Positions 41,272 through 51,956 of a DNA stretch of 64,000 nt are shown one piece after another; the stretch's first letter is position 1, and every line of letters starts with the position of its first letter. The stretch comes from Betaproteobacteria bacterium. Lineage in GTDB: Bacteria; Pseudomonadota; Gammaproteobacteria; Burkholderiales; SG8-39. The DNA lies in NCBI GenBank assembly GCA_022340705.1, contig JAJDNJ010000143.1:17095-81094 (forward strand), in the 5' to 3' direction. Made by a program: the position numbers and the translations under genes. Under the pieces are notes generated by a model that worked only from the letters and a program-made list of their open reading frames with translations, was not told where the DNA came from and ran no database searches.

Positions 41272-42045
41272 GTGACCGACGAGCAGCTTCTCCGCTACAG
41301 CCGCCATCTGCTGCTGCCGGAACTCGGCGTCGACGGGCAAACGCGCCTGCGTGCGGCCCATGTCTTGCTGGTCGGCGCGGGCGGCCTCGGCTGCCCGGCC
41401 GCGCTCTATCTCGCCTCCGGCGGGGTTGGGCGCCTGACAATCGCGGACCCCGACGTCGTCGACCTCACCAATCTCCAGCGCCAGATCCTGTATCGCGCCG
41501 ATTCGATCGGCGCTCTCAAATCCGAGTCGGCGCGCGCTGCGCTGCTGGCGGTCAATCCTGAAGTCGAGGTCCTGCCTGTTGCCCTGCGCCTGGCGGACGA
41601 AGCGCTCGAGCGCGCGGTCGGCGCGGCCGATGTGGTGCTCGACTGCTCGGACAATTTCGAGACGCGTCACGCGGTCAACCGTGCCTGCGTGCGCCACGCC
41701 CGCCCGCTCGTATCGGGCGCCGCGATCCGCTTCGACGGCCAGCTTGCGGTATTCGATCCTCGTCGCCCCGGCGCGCCCTGCTATGCCTGCCTCTTTCCGG
41801 AGGATGCGCAGGCCGAAGAGTTGCGCTGTGCGGTAATGGGGGTTCTGGCGCCGCTGACTGGCGCGATTGGCGCGCTCCAGGCCATCGAAGCCATCAAGCT
41901 GATCGCGGGCATCGGCGAGTCGCTCGCGGGGCGGCTGCTCCTGTTCGACGCGCTGCATGGCGAGTCGCGCATCGTGCGAATCGCGCGCGATCCACGCTGC
42001 CCGGTATGCGGCCACGGCACCGTGGCGCGCGCCGGCGCGGCCTAA
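41272..42045 (+). CDS. moeB: molybdopterin-synthase adenylyltransferase MoeB (ThiF/HesA family)
   Basis: 257 aa, GTG start. RYSRHLLLPELG, GAGGLGCP, and CxxC pairs CYAC and CPVC. Confidence 0.8.
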   Translation: MTDEQLLRYSRHLLLPELGVDGQTRLRAAHVLLVGAGGLGCPAALYLASGGVGRLTIADPDVVDLTNLQRQILYRADSIGALKSESARAALLAVNPEVEVLPVALRLADEALERAVGAADVVLDCSDNFETRHAVNRACVRHARPLVSGAAIRFDGQLAVFDPRRPGAPCYACLFPEDAQAEELRCAVMGVLAPLTGAIGALQAIEAIKLIAGIGESLAGRLLLFDALHGESRIVRIARDPRCPVCGHGTVARAGAA

Positions 42046-42605
42046 CCGGCACCCGGAATCAGCTGGCTGCGCTGGGCGCCGAACGCCTCGGTGGGCGAGT
42101 TCGCGAAACCACTCTTTGCATAGAGCTGCAGGCTGCCGATCGCGTAGCGCAGCACGACGCTTGCGCGGGCCGCCGCATCGGCGTCGGAGGCGATGCGCAG
42201 CGACTGTTTGAGCGTCGCCTCGAAACGGTCGAAGAACCGGTTGACGCGCACCTGCAACCGCTCGTGCTCACCGACTAGCGCCTCGCCGGTCAACACGCGC
42301 ACGAGCCCCGGATTCTTCTCGGCGAAGGCGAGCAACATCTGCAGCAGCGCGACCGCCTGTCCCGGTCCCTCGGGCTCCTCGGCCGTGATCCGGTTCGCCA
42401 ACCCGAACACGCTCTGCTCGATGAACTCGATCAGGCCTTCGTACATCTGCGCCTTGGAGGCAAAGTGCCGGTAGAGCGCGGCCTCGGATACGTCGAGACG
42501 CTCGGCCAGCGCGGCGGTCGTGATCCGCGCCCAGCGCGGCTCGCCCAGCATCTGCGCGAGCACTTTCAGGATTTCGAGGCGGCGTTCGCCTTTTGCGCGA
42601 GGCAT
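42042..42605 (-). CDS. slmA: nucleoid occlusion factor SlmA (TetR family)
   Basis: I prefer ATG 42605. RRLEILKVLAQML...ITTAALAERLDVSEAALYRHFASKAQMYEGLIEFIE and NPGLVRVLTGEAL align with E. coli SlmA from memory. Confidence 0.8.
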   Translation of the reverse strand: MPRAKGERRLEILKVLAQMLGEPRWARITTAALAERLDVSEAALYRHFASKAQMYEGLIEFIEQSVFGLANRITAEEPEGPGQAVALLQMLLAFAEKNPGLVRVLTGEALVGEHERLQVRVNRFFDRFEATLKQSLRIASDADAAARASVVLRYAIGSLQLYAKSGFANSPTEAFGAQRSQLIPGAG

Positions 42606-42683
42606 GTCGGGAAGGAAAGGATGCGCTGGCGATTCTAGCCGATCGGCCGTGCGGGGCATCCGCCGTGCCGCCGCAGGGCAGAC

Positions 42684-43346
42684 TCAGGCGCGACGGAACA
42701 CACGGCGCGGCAGCTCGATCACCGAGGACACGCGGAGATCGACGAAGGGCACGCGCCGAGCGCTGCGACTCACCCAGACCGTCGACATGCCGAGGCGCTT
42801 CGCGGTGCGCAGATTCTCGAGAGCGTCGTCGATGAATGCGCAGCGGTGGGGGTCGAGGTCGTGCGCGCGCATGAGCACGTGAAACCCCTGCTGCGCCGGC
42901 TTCGGACGGAAGCGGGTACTTTCGATCGTGTAAACGCGGTCGAACCAGCGTGCGACGCCGATTACGCGCAGCACCGCTTCGACATAGTGGCGCGGTGCGT
43001 TCGAGAACACGAGCTTCTTTCCGCCAAGCTGCGCCAACGCATGGCGCAGCGCATTCTCGTGATCGACCATGCCTTCCAGCTCGGGAAACTGATGGGTCTC
43101 GCGCAGAAAGTGGTGTGGGTCCGTGCCATAGTGGCGCATGAGCCCCTTCAGCGTCGTTCCGTAGCGACTCCAGAAAAGCTGGCGCATCCGGTTCGCGCCG
43201 GCGTCGTCGACGCCGAGGTGGCGCCTCAGGTAGGCGTTGATCTGGTCGTGCATCGAAGGAAAGATCTTCGCGCTCGCATCGTGCAGCGTGTTGTCGAGAT
43301 CGAAGATCCACACGCGGCGATGCGCAGGCAGTTTGGCGATGCGCAC
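42684..43346 (-). CDS. HAD-superfamily pyrimidine 5'-nucleotidase
   Basis: 220 aa. HAD motif I WIFDLDNTLHDA. C-terminal FIDDALENL. Confidence 0.75.
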   Translation of the reverse strand: MRIAKLPAHRRVWIFDLDNTLHDASAKIFPSMHDQINAYLRRHLGVDDAGANRMRQLFWSRYGTTLKGLMRHYGTDPHHFLRETHQFPELEGMVDHENALRHALAQLGGKKLVFSNAPRHYVEAVLRVIGVARWFDRVYTIESTRFRPKPAQQGFHVLMRAHDLDPHRCAFIDDALENLRTAKRLGMSTVWVSRSARRVPFVDLRVSSVIELPRRVFRRA

Positions 43347-43396
43347 GCGCTAGCCCTCGCTCCTGCCGCTCGCGCGCGGCCGCCGGCGCACTCTGT

Positions 43397-44314
<918 letters not shown>

Positions 44315-44330
44315 CTAAAGTGCCCGCAGG

Positions 44331-44939
44331 GTGAAGGATTCCAGGCACCAGAACAGCGACTTTAGGGCGCAGCTTGAGCAGCAACGCCCTTACCTGCTGC
44401 GCTTTGCCGCGCTTCAGCTGCGTGATGCCAACGCCGCGGAGGACGCGGTACAGGAAACCCTGCTCGCGGCGCTCGCGGGAGAGGCGAAGTTTGCCGGCCG
44501 CTCCAACCTGCGCACCTGGCTGACGGGGATCCTGAAACATAAGATCATCGACAGCATCCGGCGATCGGCCCGCGAGCCGACTGTCGACGCCGATCTCGAC
44601 AACACTTCCGAGTTCGACTCGCTGTTTGTCCCAGACGGACATTGGAAGAGCGCGCCCAGGACCTGGGAAGAGCCGCACGGCGCTCTCGAGCAGAAGCAGT
44701 TTCTCGGCGTGCTCGAGGAGTGCCTCGCTCGCTTGCCGCAGAAGACCGCGCGCGTGTTCATGATGCGCGAGCATATGGGCCTGGAGACCCAAGAGATCTG
44801 TAAGGAACTCGGCATCACGCCGACCCATTGCTGGGTACTGCTCTACCGGGCTCGCATGGCTCTGCGGCTCTGTCTGGACGAACGCTGGTTCGAGAGCGTC
44901 AACTCAGGGAGCGCCGGAACGGCGCAGAATAAAAGATGA
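44331..44939 (+). CDS. ECF-type RNA polymerase sigma-70 family factor
   Basis: 202 aa, GTG start. Region 2 (AEDAVQETLLAAL...WLTGILKHKIID) and region 4 (LPQKTARVFMMREHMGLETQEICKELGIT). Confidence 0.85.
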   Translation: MKDSRHQNSDFRAQLEQQRPYLLRFAALQLRDANAAEDAVQETLLAALAGEAKFAGRSNLRTWLTGILKHKIIDSIRRSAREPTVDADLDNTSEFDSLFVPDGHWKSAPRTWEEPHGALEQKQFLGVLEECLARLPQKTARVFMMREHMGLETQEICKELGITPTHCWVLLYRARMALRLCLDERWFESVNSGSAGTAQNKR

Positions 44940-45130
44940 TGCGCTCATGCAAGGAAGTTTCGCGCCTCGTGTCCGAGGGGCTCGACCGCGACCTCGGTTT
45001 CGGCGAACGGGTCGCGCTGCGCGTGCACTTCCTGATGTGCAAAGGCTGCCGTAACTTTGAAGGACAGATGACGATGCTGCGCAAGGTACTGCGCGATCTG
45101 TCGCGATCCGAAGATGAGCGCCCCGTCTGA
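44936..45130 (+). CDS. small soluble zinc-binding anti-sigma factor (zf-HC2 / ZAS type)
   Basis: 64 aa. ATGA overlap with the sigma gene. No TM segment. C5-x25-H31-x3-C35-x2-C38 (HFLMCKGC), the same spacing as RsrA-type ZAS proteins. Confidence 0.75.
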   Translation: MMRSCKEVSRLVSEGLDRDLGFGERVALRVHFLMCKGCRNFEGQMTMLRKVLRDLSRSEDERPV

Positions 45131-45308
45131 ATCGCCACCGCGCTGCGCGCGCTGCGGCCAGAATTTCGAATGCGGCATGCTGGCCGGCGCAGAGCGGTGC
45201 TGGTGCGCCGAGTTGCCGCCGCTCGACCCGGTTCCGGGAGAGACCTGCCTGTGCCCGGCCTGCCTGCGTGCGGCGCTCGCCGCAGCGCCAGGTGCGCGGC
45301 ACCCCTAA
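45114..45308 (+). CDS. cysteine-rich CWC family protein
   Basis: 64 aa with 8 Cys: [10 protein letters not shown]...RCWC...CLCPAC. ATG 45114 overlaps the anti-sigma gene by 17 nt. Confidence 0.7.
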   Translation: MSAPSESPPRCARCGQNFECGMLAGAERCWCAELPPLDPVPGETCLCPACLRAALAAAPGARHP

Positions 45309-46639
45309 AGAACGTAGCGCGCCAGATCCTCGTTCTTCGCGAGCTCGGCGAGACGCGCGTCGACGTACGCCGCGTCGATGACGATGCGGCCCGTGCTGCG
45401 CGTCCCGGCATCGAACGAGATCGATTCGAGCAGCTTTTCGAGCACCGTGTAGAGCCGGCGCGCGCCGATGTTTTCCGTGCCCTCGTTCACCTGAAACGAA
45501 ATCTCGGCGAGCCGCCGGATTGCCGCTGGCTCGAAATCGAGTGTCACGCTCTCGGTCTCGAGTAGCGCACGGTACTGCTTGACGAGGCTCGCGTCGGTCG
45601 AAGTCAGGATGCGCTCGAAATCGTCCACCGACAGCGAATCGAGCTCGACGCGAATCGGAAAACGGCCCTGCAGCTCGGGAATCAGGTCGGAAGGCTTGGA
45701 CAGGTGGAATGCGCCCGAGGCGATGAACAGGATGTGATCGGTCTTGACCATGCCGTATTTGGTGGACACGGTCGTTCCTTCGACCAGCGGCAGGAGGTCG
45801 CGCTGTACGCCCTGGCGCGAGACGTCGGCGCCCGAAAGCTCGCTGCGCGAAGCGATCTTGTCGATTTCGTCGAGGAACACGATGCCGTTCTGCTCCACGT
45901 TCGCGAGCGCACGCGTCTTCAGATCCTCGTCGTTCACCAGCTTGGCGGCTTCCTCGTCGGTCAGCAGCTGCATCGCCTCACGGATGCGCAGCTTGCGCAG
46001 CCTCCGGCGGCCGCCGGCGACGTTCTGGAACATGCCCTGGATCTGCGCGGTGAGCTCCTCCATGCCGGGCGGTGCGAGGATCTCCATTTGGGAGGGCGCC
46101 GCGGAAACCTCGATCTCGATTTCCTTGTCGTCGAGCTCGCCCTGGCGCAGCCGCTTGCGGAACGTCTGCCGGGTCCCGCCCTCGGCGGCGGTGGGCTCGG
46201 CCGCGCCAAATCCTGCGCTGCGCGCCGGCGGCAGCAGCGCGTCCAGGATGCGCTCCTCTGCCGCGTCCTGGGCCCGATCGCGCACGCCACGCATCGCCTG
46301 CTCGCGCGTTTGCTTGACGCTGGTCTCGACGAGGTCGCGCACGATGGTGTCCACGTCGCGGCCAACGTAGCCGACCTCGGTGAACTTGGTCGCTTCGATC
46401 TTCACGAACGGCGCATCGGCGAGCCGGGCCAGCCGGCGCGCGATCTCGGTCTTGCCGACGCCGGTCGGCCCGATCATGAGAATGTTCTTGGGCGTGATTT
46501 CCTGGCGCAGCGGCTCGGCGACCTGCTGGCGGCGCCAGCGGTTGCGCAGCGCGATTGCGACCGCGCGCTTGGCGCGATCCTGGCCGACGATGTGCTTATC
46601 GAGCTCGTGGACGATTTCCTGCGGGGTCATCGACGACAT
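45305..46639 (-). CDS. hslU: ATP-dependent protease ATPase subunit HslU
   Basis: Start [20 protein letters not shown] at ATG 46639. [15 protein letters not shown]. Confidence 0.96.
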   Translation of the reverse strand: MSSMTPQEIVHELDKHIVGQDRAKRAVAIALRNRWRRQQVAEPLRQEITPKNILMIGPTGVGKTEIARRLARLADAPFVKIEATKFTEVGYVGRDVDTIVRDLVETSVKQTREQAMRGVRDRAQDAAEERILDALLPPARSAGFGAAEPTAAEGGTRQTFRKRLRQGELDDKEIEIEVSAAPSQMEILAPPGMEELTAQIQGMFQNVAGGRRRLRKLRIREAMQLLTDEEAAKLVNDEDLKTRALANVEQNGIVFLDEIDKIASRSELSGADVSRQGVQRDLLPLVEGTTVSTKYGMVKTDHILFIASGAFHLSKPSDLIPELQGRFPIRVELDSLSVDDFERILTSTDASLVKQYRALLETESVTLDFEPAAIRRLAEISFQVNEGTENIGARRLYTVLEKLLESISFDAGTRSTGRIVIDAAYVDARLAELAKNEDLARYVL

Positions 46640-46643
46640 TGCC

Positions 46644-47180
46644 CTACTCCAGGACCTCGATCGAGCGCTGATGATTGGTGTAAATGCACAGGTCCGCGGC
46701 GATCGCGAGCGAGCGCTCGACGATCTCGCGCGGCTCGAGGGCCGTATTCTCGAGGAGCGCGCGTGCCGCGCTCTGCGCGTACGGCCCGCCCGAACCGATG
46801 GCCACGATTCCGTACTCGGGCTCGAGCACGTCACCGGAGCCGGTGATGACCAGCGAATGCTCGCGATCGGCGACCGCGAGCATCGCCTCCAGGCGCCTGA
46901 GGACCCGATCGGTGCGCCAGTCCTTGGCGAGTTCGACCGCCGAGCGCATCAGGTTGCCCTGGTGCTTGTCGAGCTTGCCTTCGAAGCGCTCGAAGAGCGT
47001 GAACGCGTCGGCCGTGCCCCCGGCAAAGCCGGCAAGGATTCGATCCTGGTAGAGCCGGCGGATCTTGCGCGCGCCGCCCTTGAGCACGATCTGTCCAAGC
47101 GTCACCTGTCCGTCGCCGCCGAGCGCGACCTTCGCGCCGCGGCGCACCGACAGGATCGTGGTTCCGTGTAGTTGCTCCAT
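46644..47180 (-). CDS. hslV: ATP-dependent protease subunit HslV
   Basis: 178 aa, [15 protein letters not shown] (N-terminal Thr nucleophile). Confidence 0.96.
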   Translation of the reverse strand: MEQLHGTTILSVRRGAKVALGGDGQVTLGQIVLKGGARKIRRLYQDRILAGFAGGTADAFTLFERFEGKLDKHQGNLMRSAVELAKDWRTDRVLRRLEAMLAVADREHSLVITGSGDVLEPEYGIVAIGSGGPYAQSAARALLENTALEPREIVERSLAIAADLCIYTNHQRSIEVLE

Positions 47181-47193
47181 TGAATGAATCCCG

Positions 47194-48174
47194 TCAGCCC
47201 GCCAAGCATTCCTCTAGGCCGGCGACGAACAGGTCCCTGGGCAGCTTTTTGCCGATGAACACCAAGGTCGAGGCCTTTTTCTCGCCCTTGGCCCAGGGCT
47301 TGCCGAGGTCTCCGCCCATCATCATGTGCACGCCCTGGAACACGACGCGCCGCGCGTTGCCCTTCATCCACAGTACCCCTTTGTAGCGCAGCAGGTCGGG
47401 GCCGTAGACCTGGATCATGCCCGACAGGAACTGCTCAAGCTTGTCGCCGTCGAACGGTTTCTCGCTCCGGTAGACGAAGGACTCGACCTCGTCGTGATGT
47501 TCGTGCGCGATGCTGGTGAGGAACTCGGGATCGATCTCGAGAATCGCATTCAGGTTGAAGCCGCGCAGATCGAGCACTTCGTCGAGCGGCGCGTTACCGA
47601 AATGCACCGGCTTGATCGGAGCGCGCGGATTCATGCGCTTGATGCGCTCGACCAGCCGCCCAACGTCCGCCTCGCTGACCAGGTCGGTCTTCGACATCAG
47701 CACCTTGTCGGCGAATCCCACCTGCTCCTGCGCCTCGTGGAATTCATCGAGTTGCTTTTCCGCGTGCTTCGCGTCGACCAGCGTGAGGATCGAGTCGAGC
47801 AGGTAGTAGCCGCCGATTTCCTCGTCGGTGAAGAATGTCTGCGCAACCGGGCCCGGATCGGCCATCCCGGTGGTTTCGATGACCACACGATCGAAACTGA
47901 GTGCGCCCTTGTCGCGCTTTTCTTTGAGGTCGCCGAGAATCCGGATGAGATCGCCGCGCACCGTGCAGCAGATGCAGCCGTTGTTCATCTCCACGATCTG
48001 CTCGTCGGATTTCTCGATGATGTCGTTGTCGACGCCGATCTCTCCGAACTCGTTCTCGATCACCGCGATGCGATGACCGTGATCTTCCTGAAGGATGCGG
48101 TTCAGCAGCGTCGTCTTTCCGCTGCCGAGAAAACCGGTCAGGATCGTGACCGGAACCATGTCCTGCTGATTCAT
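47194..48174 (-). CDS. COG0523-family GTPase metallochaperone (CobW/YjiA/ZigA-like)
   Basis: 326 aa. [12 protein letters not shown]-loop and the NGCICCTV (CxCC) metal motif. Confidence 0.88.
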   Translation of the reverse strand: MNQQDMVPVTILTGFLGSGKTTLLNRILQEDHGHRIAVIENEFGEIGVDNDIIEKSDEQIVEMNNGCICCTVRGDLIRILGDLKEKRDKGALSFDRVVIETTGMADPGPVAQTFFTDEEIGGYYLLDSILTLVDAKHAEKQLDEFHEAQEQVGFADKVLMSKTDLVSEADVGRLVERIKRMNPRAPIKPVHFGNAPLDEVLDLRGFNLNAILEIDPEFLTSIAHEHHDEVESFVYRSEKPFDGDKLEQFLSGMIQVYGPDLLRYKGVLWMKGNARRVVFQGVHMMMGGDLGKPWAKGEKKASTLVFIGKKLPRDLFVAGLEECLAG

Positions 48175-48205
48175 CTCGAAGCTCCCAATGCCGAATTACT
48201 TGCCG

Positions 48206-48973
48206 CTAGTGTCCCTGTCCCGCGAGCGCGACGATCGCGACGCCGATTGCGATGAGCGCGACCTGCGACAGCGCATCCTTGATTGCGAACCGGCGGTGCA
48301 GATTGGGAATCAGATCCGCGACCGCAATGTACAGAAAGCCGGCAGCGGCGAACGCCAGGACATAGGGTAGCGCAGGCAGCGCCGCCTTCAGCGCGAAATA
48401 GCCGAGGAGCCCGCCCAGGACCGACGCGAGACTCGAAAGCGCGTTCAGCCAGAGCGCCCGCCTGCGCGTATATCCAGCGTGCAGCAGCACCATGAAGTCC
48501 CCCACTTCCTGCGGCACCTCGTGCGCGATCACCGCCACCGCGGTCGCCCAGCCGAGCGTCGGATCGGTGAGGAACGCCGCCGCAATCAGCACACCGTCGA
48601 CGAAATTGTGCAGCGAATCGCCGAATACGATGAGCAAACCGGCCGGGCTCGTTGCGCCGGCATGCGCTTGGATGTCGTGGCCATGGGCGTTGTCGCCCGG
48701 CCCATGCGCATGGCGCCAAAGAGCGAGCTTTTCGAGCATGAAGAAGACGAGCAATCCGACGAGCAGGGTTGCGAAGACGGCGCGCGGACCCACGGACGAT
48801 TCGAGCGCCTCGGGCAGCAGGTTGAGCAGCGCCGCGCCGAGCAGTGCGCCAACCGCGAAGCTCACCAGGCGCGGAACCCAGCGCTCGAGCACGGCGAACG
48901 CGACCAGCGCCGCGGCTAGCACCGAGAGCAGGCCGCCGGCCAGATTCGCCGCGATGATGGAAGTGAGGAGCAT
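48206..48973 (-). CDS. ZIP-family divalent metal (zinc) transporter
   Basis: 255 aa, polytopic. His-rich loop HAHGPGDNAHGHDIQAH, plus HNFVDG and HEVPQEVGD motifs. Confidence 0.85.
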   Translation of the reverse strand: MLLTSIIAANLAGGLLSVLAAALVAFAVLERWVPRLVSFAVGALLGAALLNLLPEALESSVGPRAVFATLLVGLLVFFMLEKLALWRHAHGPGDNAHGHDIQAHAGATSPAGLLIVFGDSLHNFVDGVLIAAAFLTDPTLGWATAVAVIAHEVPQEVGDFMVLLHAGYTRRRALWLNALSSLASVLGGLLGYFALKAALPALPYVLAFAAAGFLYIAVADLIPNLHRRFAIKDALSQVALIAIGVAIVALAGQGH

Positions 48974-49098
48974 CTGGGTCTAACGCGCGGAGACGGAGAC
49001 CGGGCCCGCGCCTGAGCTCCGCGCGCCCGAGCCGCTCCAAGGGGGTCGCCAGGCGCGCATTCTACTTGCTGGCGTGGGGGCTAAGCGCCTCGATCGCG

Positions 49099-50019
49099 CT
49101 ACTTCTTCCTGGCGCGTGGGTGCGCGGCATCGTAGACCTTGGCCAGCGCCTGATAGTCCAGGTGCGTATAAACCTGTGTCGTCGCGATGCTCGCGTGGCC
49201 GAGCATCTCCTGCACCGCGCGCAGGTCGTGCGACGACTCCAGCACGTGGCTCGCGAACGAGTGACGCAGCATGTGCGGATGCACCGCGGCGATCCCCCTG
49301 CGCAACGCCCAGGCTTTCAGACGCCTGCGCACCGTGCCCGGGGCGATGCGTGCGCCTCGCGCGCCGACGAACAGCGCCGTTTCATTCGTTCGCGCAAGCT
49401 GCGCGCGCAGCCCCAGCCAGCGCGCGAGCGCCTTACGCGCGCGCGCGCCGACCGGAACGGTACGCGTTTTGGCGCCCTTTCCCGTCACCGTCACCTCGCC
49501 CGCGGCGAGGTCGAGGCGGCCATCGCCGCTCTCGAGGGAGACGAGCTCGCCCAGGCGCAGTCCGGAGGAGTAGAGCAGCTCGAACATCGCGGCGTCGCGC
49601 GCGGTCTCCGGCGCATCCGCCGCCTCGCCTTCGTCCGCGAACAGGCGCTGCGCCTGCTCGACAGAGAGCGCCTTCGGCAGTCCACGAGGTGCTCTCGGCG
49701 GTCGCACCCCCTGCACGGGATTGGTCCGAAATCCGCGCTGGCGCACGAGCCAGCGGTAGAGGCTGCGCCATGCCGACAGCGTGAGCGCGAGCGAGCGGCC
49801 GGAAAGCCCTTGCGCGTGCAGCACGGCGACGTAGCGGCGCAACTGTGCCGGGTCGAGCGCTTCGAGCCGCGCCTCGCGCGCGAGGACGAGCAGCGCGCTC
49901 ACCGCGTGCCGATAGTTGCGCAGCGTGGTCGCCGAGAGACGGCGCTGAATGCTCAGGAACTCGAGCCAGTCCGTGACCAGCGCCTGGTCAGGGTGTGTGC
50001 CGGCCGACTGTGCCGCCAC
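49099..50019 (-). CDS. xerC: tyrosine recombinase XerC
   Basis: GTG start at 50019. C-terminal catalytic HMLRHSFASHVL...LGHASIATTQVYTH. dapF-DUF484-xerC synteny as in E. coli. Confidence 0.85.
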   Translation of the reverse strand: MAAQSAGTHPDQALVTDWLEFLSIQRRLSATTLRNYRHAVSALLVLAREARLEALDPAQLRRYVAVLHAQGLSGRSLALTLSAWRSLYRWLVRQRGFRTNPVQGVRPPRAPRGLPKALSVEQAQRLFADEGEAADAPETARDAAMFELLYSSGLRLGELVSLESGDGRLDLAAGEVTVTGKGAKTRTVPVGARARKALARWLGLRAQLARTNETALFVGARGARIAPGTVRRRLKAWALRRGIAAVHPHMLRHSFASHVLESSHDLRAVQEMLGHASIATTQVYTHLDYQALAKVYDAAHPRARKK

Positions 50020-50032
50020 GCGGGGGGTCGTG

Positions 50033-50677
50033 CTAGCTGCGGGCGCTGACGCCCACGGCGCAGAGCTCGCCGATACGCCGCAGGTACAGAGTGCCCATTT
50101 CCGGATAGAAGCGCTCGGCGTCCTCGCTGCCGAGCGCGAGCAGGCCGAACAGGGTCGTGCCGCCGACCGGAACGAGCGCGAGCGAGCGCAGATGCGGCGC
50201 GGTTTCTCCGAACCAGTCGAGGAACGGACTGCCGGCCGCGGGGCCGCATTGCGGGCCACCCATCGTCTCCGCCGCCTGGCGTTGGACGTCCGTGACTGCG
50301 TCCGCCTCGATCGAATCGCCCGGCAGCGTCCGGCCCCAGATGCGCAGCACCACGTGCGGCACCGCGAAATCCTCGCGCAGATGAAAGTACAGTGCCTGCG
50401 CGAGCGTGTGAAAGTCGCGCGCCGCGAGCAGCGCGACCGTCAGCCGGTGCACGCGCTCGCTGATCGCATCGTTGTCCTCTCCGATCTGAATCAGCTCGGC
50501 CAGCTTCGCTTCGAGTGCCCGCACTCTCTCGCGCAGAGAGACCATCTGGCGTTCGGCGAGCGGAATCGCGCGGCCGCCGTAGGGGTGCGCAACGCGTATG
50601 GTTTCCAGCAGTTCGGGGTAGTGATCGAAAAACTGCGGATGGCTGCGCAGAAATCCAGCGATATCTTCTTCTTTCAT
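50033..50677 (-). CDS. DUF484 family protein (YigA-like)
   Basis: ATG 50677 ([24 protein letters not shown]). ATGA overlap with dapF. Confidence 0.8.
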   Translation of the reverse strand: MKEEDIAGFLRSHPQFFDHYPELLETIRVAHPYGGRAIPLAERQMVSLRERVRALEAKLAELIQIGEDNDAISERVHRLTVALLAARDFHTLAQALYFHLREDFAVPHVVLRIWGRTLPGDSIEADAVTDVQRQAAETMGGPQCGPAAGSPFLDWFGETAPHLRSLALVPVGGTTLFGLLALGSEDAERFYPEMGTLYLRRIGELCAVGVSARS

Positions 50678-51516
50678 CGTTCCGCCAGCTCCATCGTGCC
50701 TTCGAAAACCGTCGTCGCCGGCCCCTTCATCCAGACCGGATTGTCGCCGCCCGCCCAAGACACGGTCAACGCACCGCCGCGCGCCTCGACGCGCACAGGC
50801 GAATCCAGCAGACCCTGCGCCACACCTGCAACCACCGCGGCGCAGGCGCCGGTGCCGCAGGCCAGCGTCTCTCCCGCACCGCGCTCCCAGACCCGCAGAC
50901 GAATTCGCCGACGGTCGACGATCTGCATATAGCCGGCATTCACCCGATTCGGAAAGCGCGGGTGACGCTCGATGCGCGGTCCCTCGGTCTGCACCGGCGC
51001 AGCCTCGACGTCCGCAGCGACCTGCACGGCATGCGGGTTGCCCATCGACAGGACGGCCATCTCGAGCCGCCTGCCCTCGAGGTCGAGTGTTTGCACCAGA
51101 CCCGGGCGGTCAGTCACGAAAGGCACCCGCGCCGGATCGAGAATCGGCGCGCCCATGTCGACCGAGACCTCGCCATCGTCCTCGAGCCGCGGGACGATGA
51201 TTCCCGTCAGGATTTCGACGCGAAGCTCGCGCTTCGTGGTCAGGCCTCGCTCGCGCACGAAGCGAACGAAGCAGCGCGCCCCGTTGCCGCAGTGCTCCAC
51301 TTCCGCGCCGTCGGCGTTGAAGATCCGATAGCGAAAGTCGACATCCGGCCGTGCGCTGCGCTCGACGACGAGAATCTGGTCGCAACCCACGCCGAAATGG
51401 CGATCCGCGATCCTGCGCAGCTGGTCTGCAGTCAGGGCGAACGACTCCTGTGTCGCGTCGAGCACAACGAAATCGTTGCCCGCGCCTTGCATCTTGGTGA
51501 ACGCAAGGCGCGTCAT
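50674..51516 (-). CDS. dapF: diaminopimelate epimerase
   Basis: 280 aa, [15 protein letters not shown]. Catalytic Cys contexts HCGNGARC and ACGTGACA. Confidence 0.95.
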   Translation of the reverse strand: MTRLAFTKMQGAGNDFVVLDATQESFALTADQLRRIADRHFGVGCDQILVVERSARPDVDFRYRIFNADGAEVEHCGNGARCFVRFVRERGLTTKRELRVEILTGIIVPRLEDDGEVSVDMGAPILDPARVPFVTDRPGLVQTLDLEGRRLEMAVLSMGNPHAVQVAADVEAAPVQTEGPRIERHPRFPNRVNAGYMQIVDRRRIRLRVWERGAGETLACGTGACAAVVAGVAQGLLDSPVRVEARGGALTVSWAGGDNPVWMKGPATTVFEGTMELAER

Positions 51517-51947
51517 TGGCTCTGTGCGTCACGCGCGACCATCAGCCTGCGGTGCTCCACCGAAATGCAGCGGTCCATGACAACAAACATTCCGGCCGCG
51601 CGCGCGCGCTCGGCCGCGGCGAGATTGATGATGCCTTCCTGGATCCAGATCGCCGGGATCTGCAAGGCGATGCATTGCTCGACGATCGGACCGATGGCCG
51701 GCGCGGCCCGAAACACGTCGACCAGATCGATCCGCTCAGGCACATCCTCGAGCCGCGCATAGGCCCTCTCGCCGAGCACCTCGGAGATCGCCGGTCGCAC
51801 CGGGATCACGCGATATCCCCAGGCTTGCAGACGCCGCGCGATCTGATGGCTCGGCCGCTCCGGCCGCGGCGACAGGCCGACAACGGCGATCGTGCGCGCG
51901 CGCTCGAGGCAGGCGCGCAGGTATTCATCGGGCGGGTTGGCGAACAC
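51513..51947 (-). CDS. CoA-binding domain protein (YccU/YneT-like)
   Basis: 144 aa, GTG start. [33 protein letters not shown]. Confidence 0.72.
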   Translation of the reverse strand: MFANPPDEYLRACLERARTIAVVGLSPRPERPSHQIARRLQAWGYRVIPVRPAISEVLGERAYARLEDVPERIDLVDVFRAAPAIGPIVEQCIALQIPAIWIQEGIINLAAAERARAAGMFVVMDRCISVEHRRLMVARDAQSQ

Positions 51948-51956
51948 CGCGCGATT

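Noticed and set aside
48974-49098. Search for a Zur/Fur box upstream of the ZIP-COG0523 genes
   Set aside because: No AT-rich inverted repeat is present. I cannot support a regulatory-site call from the sequence alone.
49099-50019. Tyrosine recombinase considered as an integrase marking a mobile element
   Set aside because: It sits in the conserved dapF-DUF484-xerC housekeeping arrangement. There is no flanking tRNA, direct repeats, phage or transposon genes, or compositional break. It is called as chromosomal XerC.
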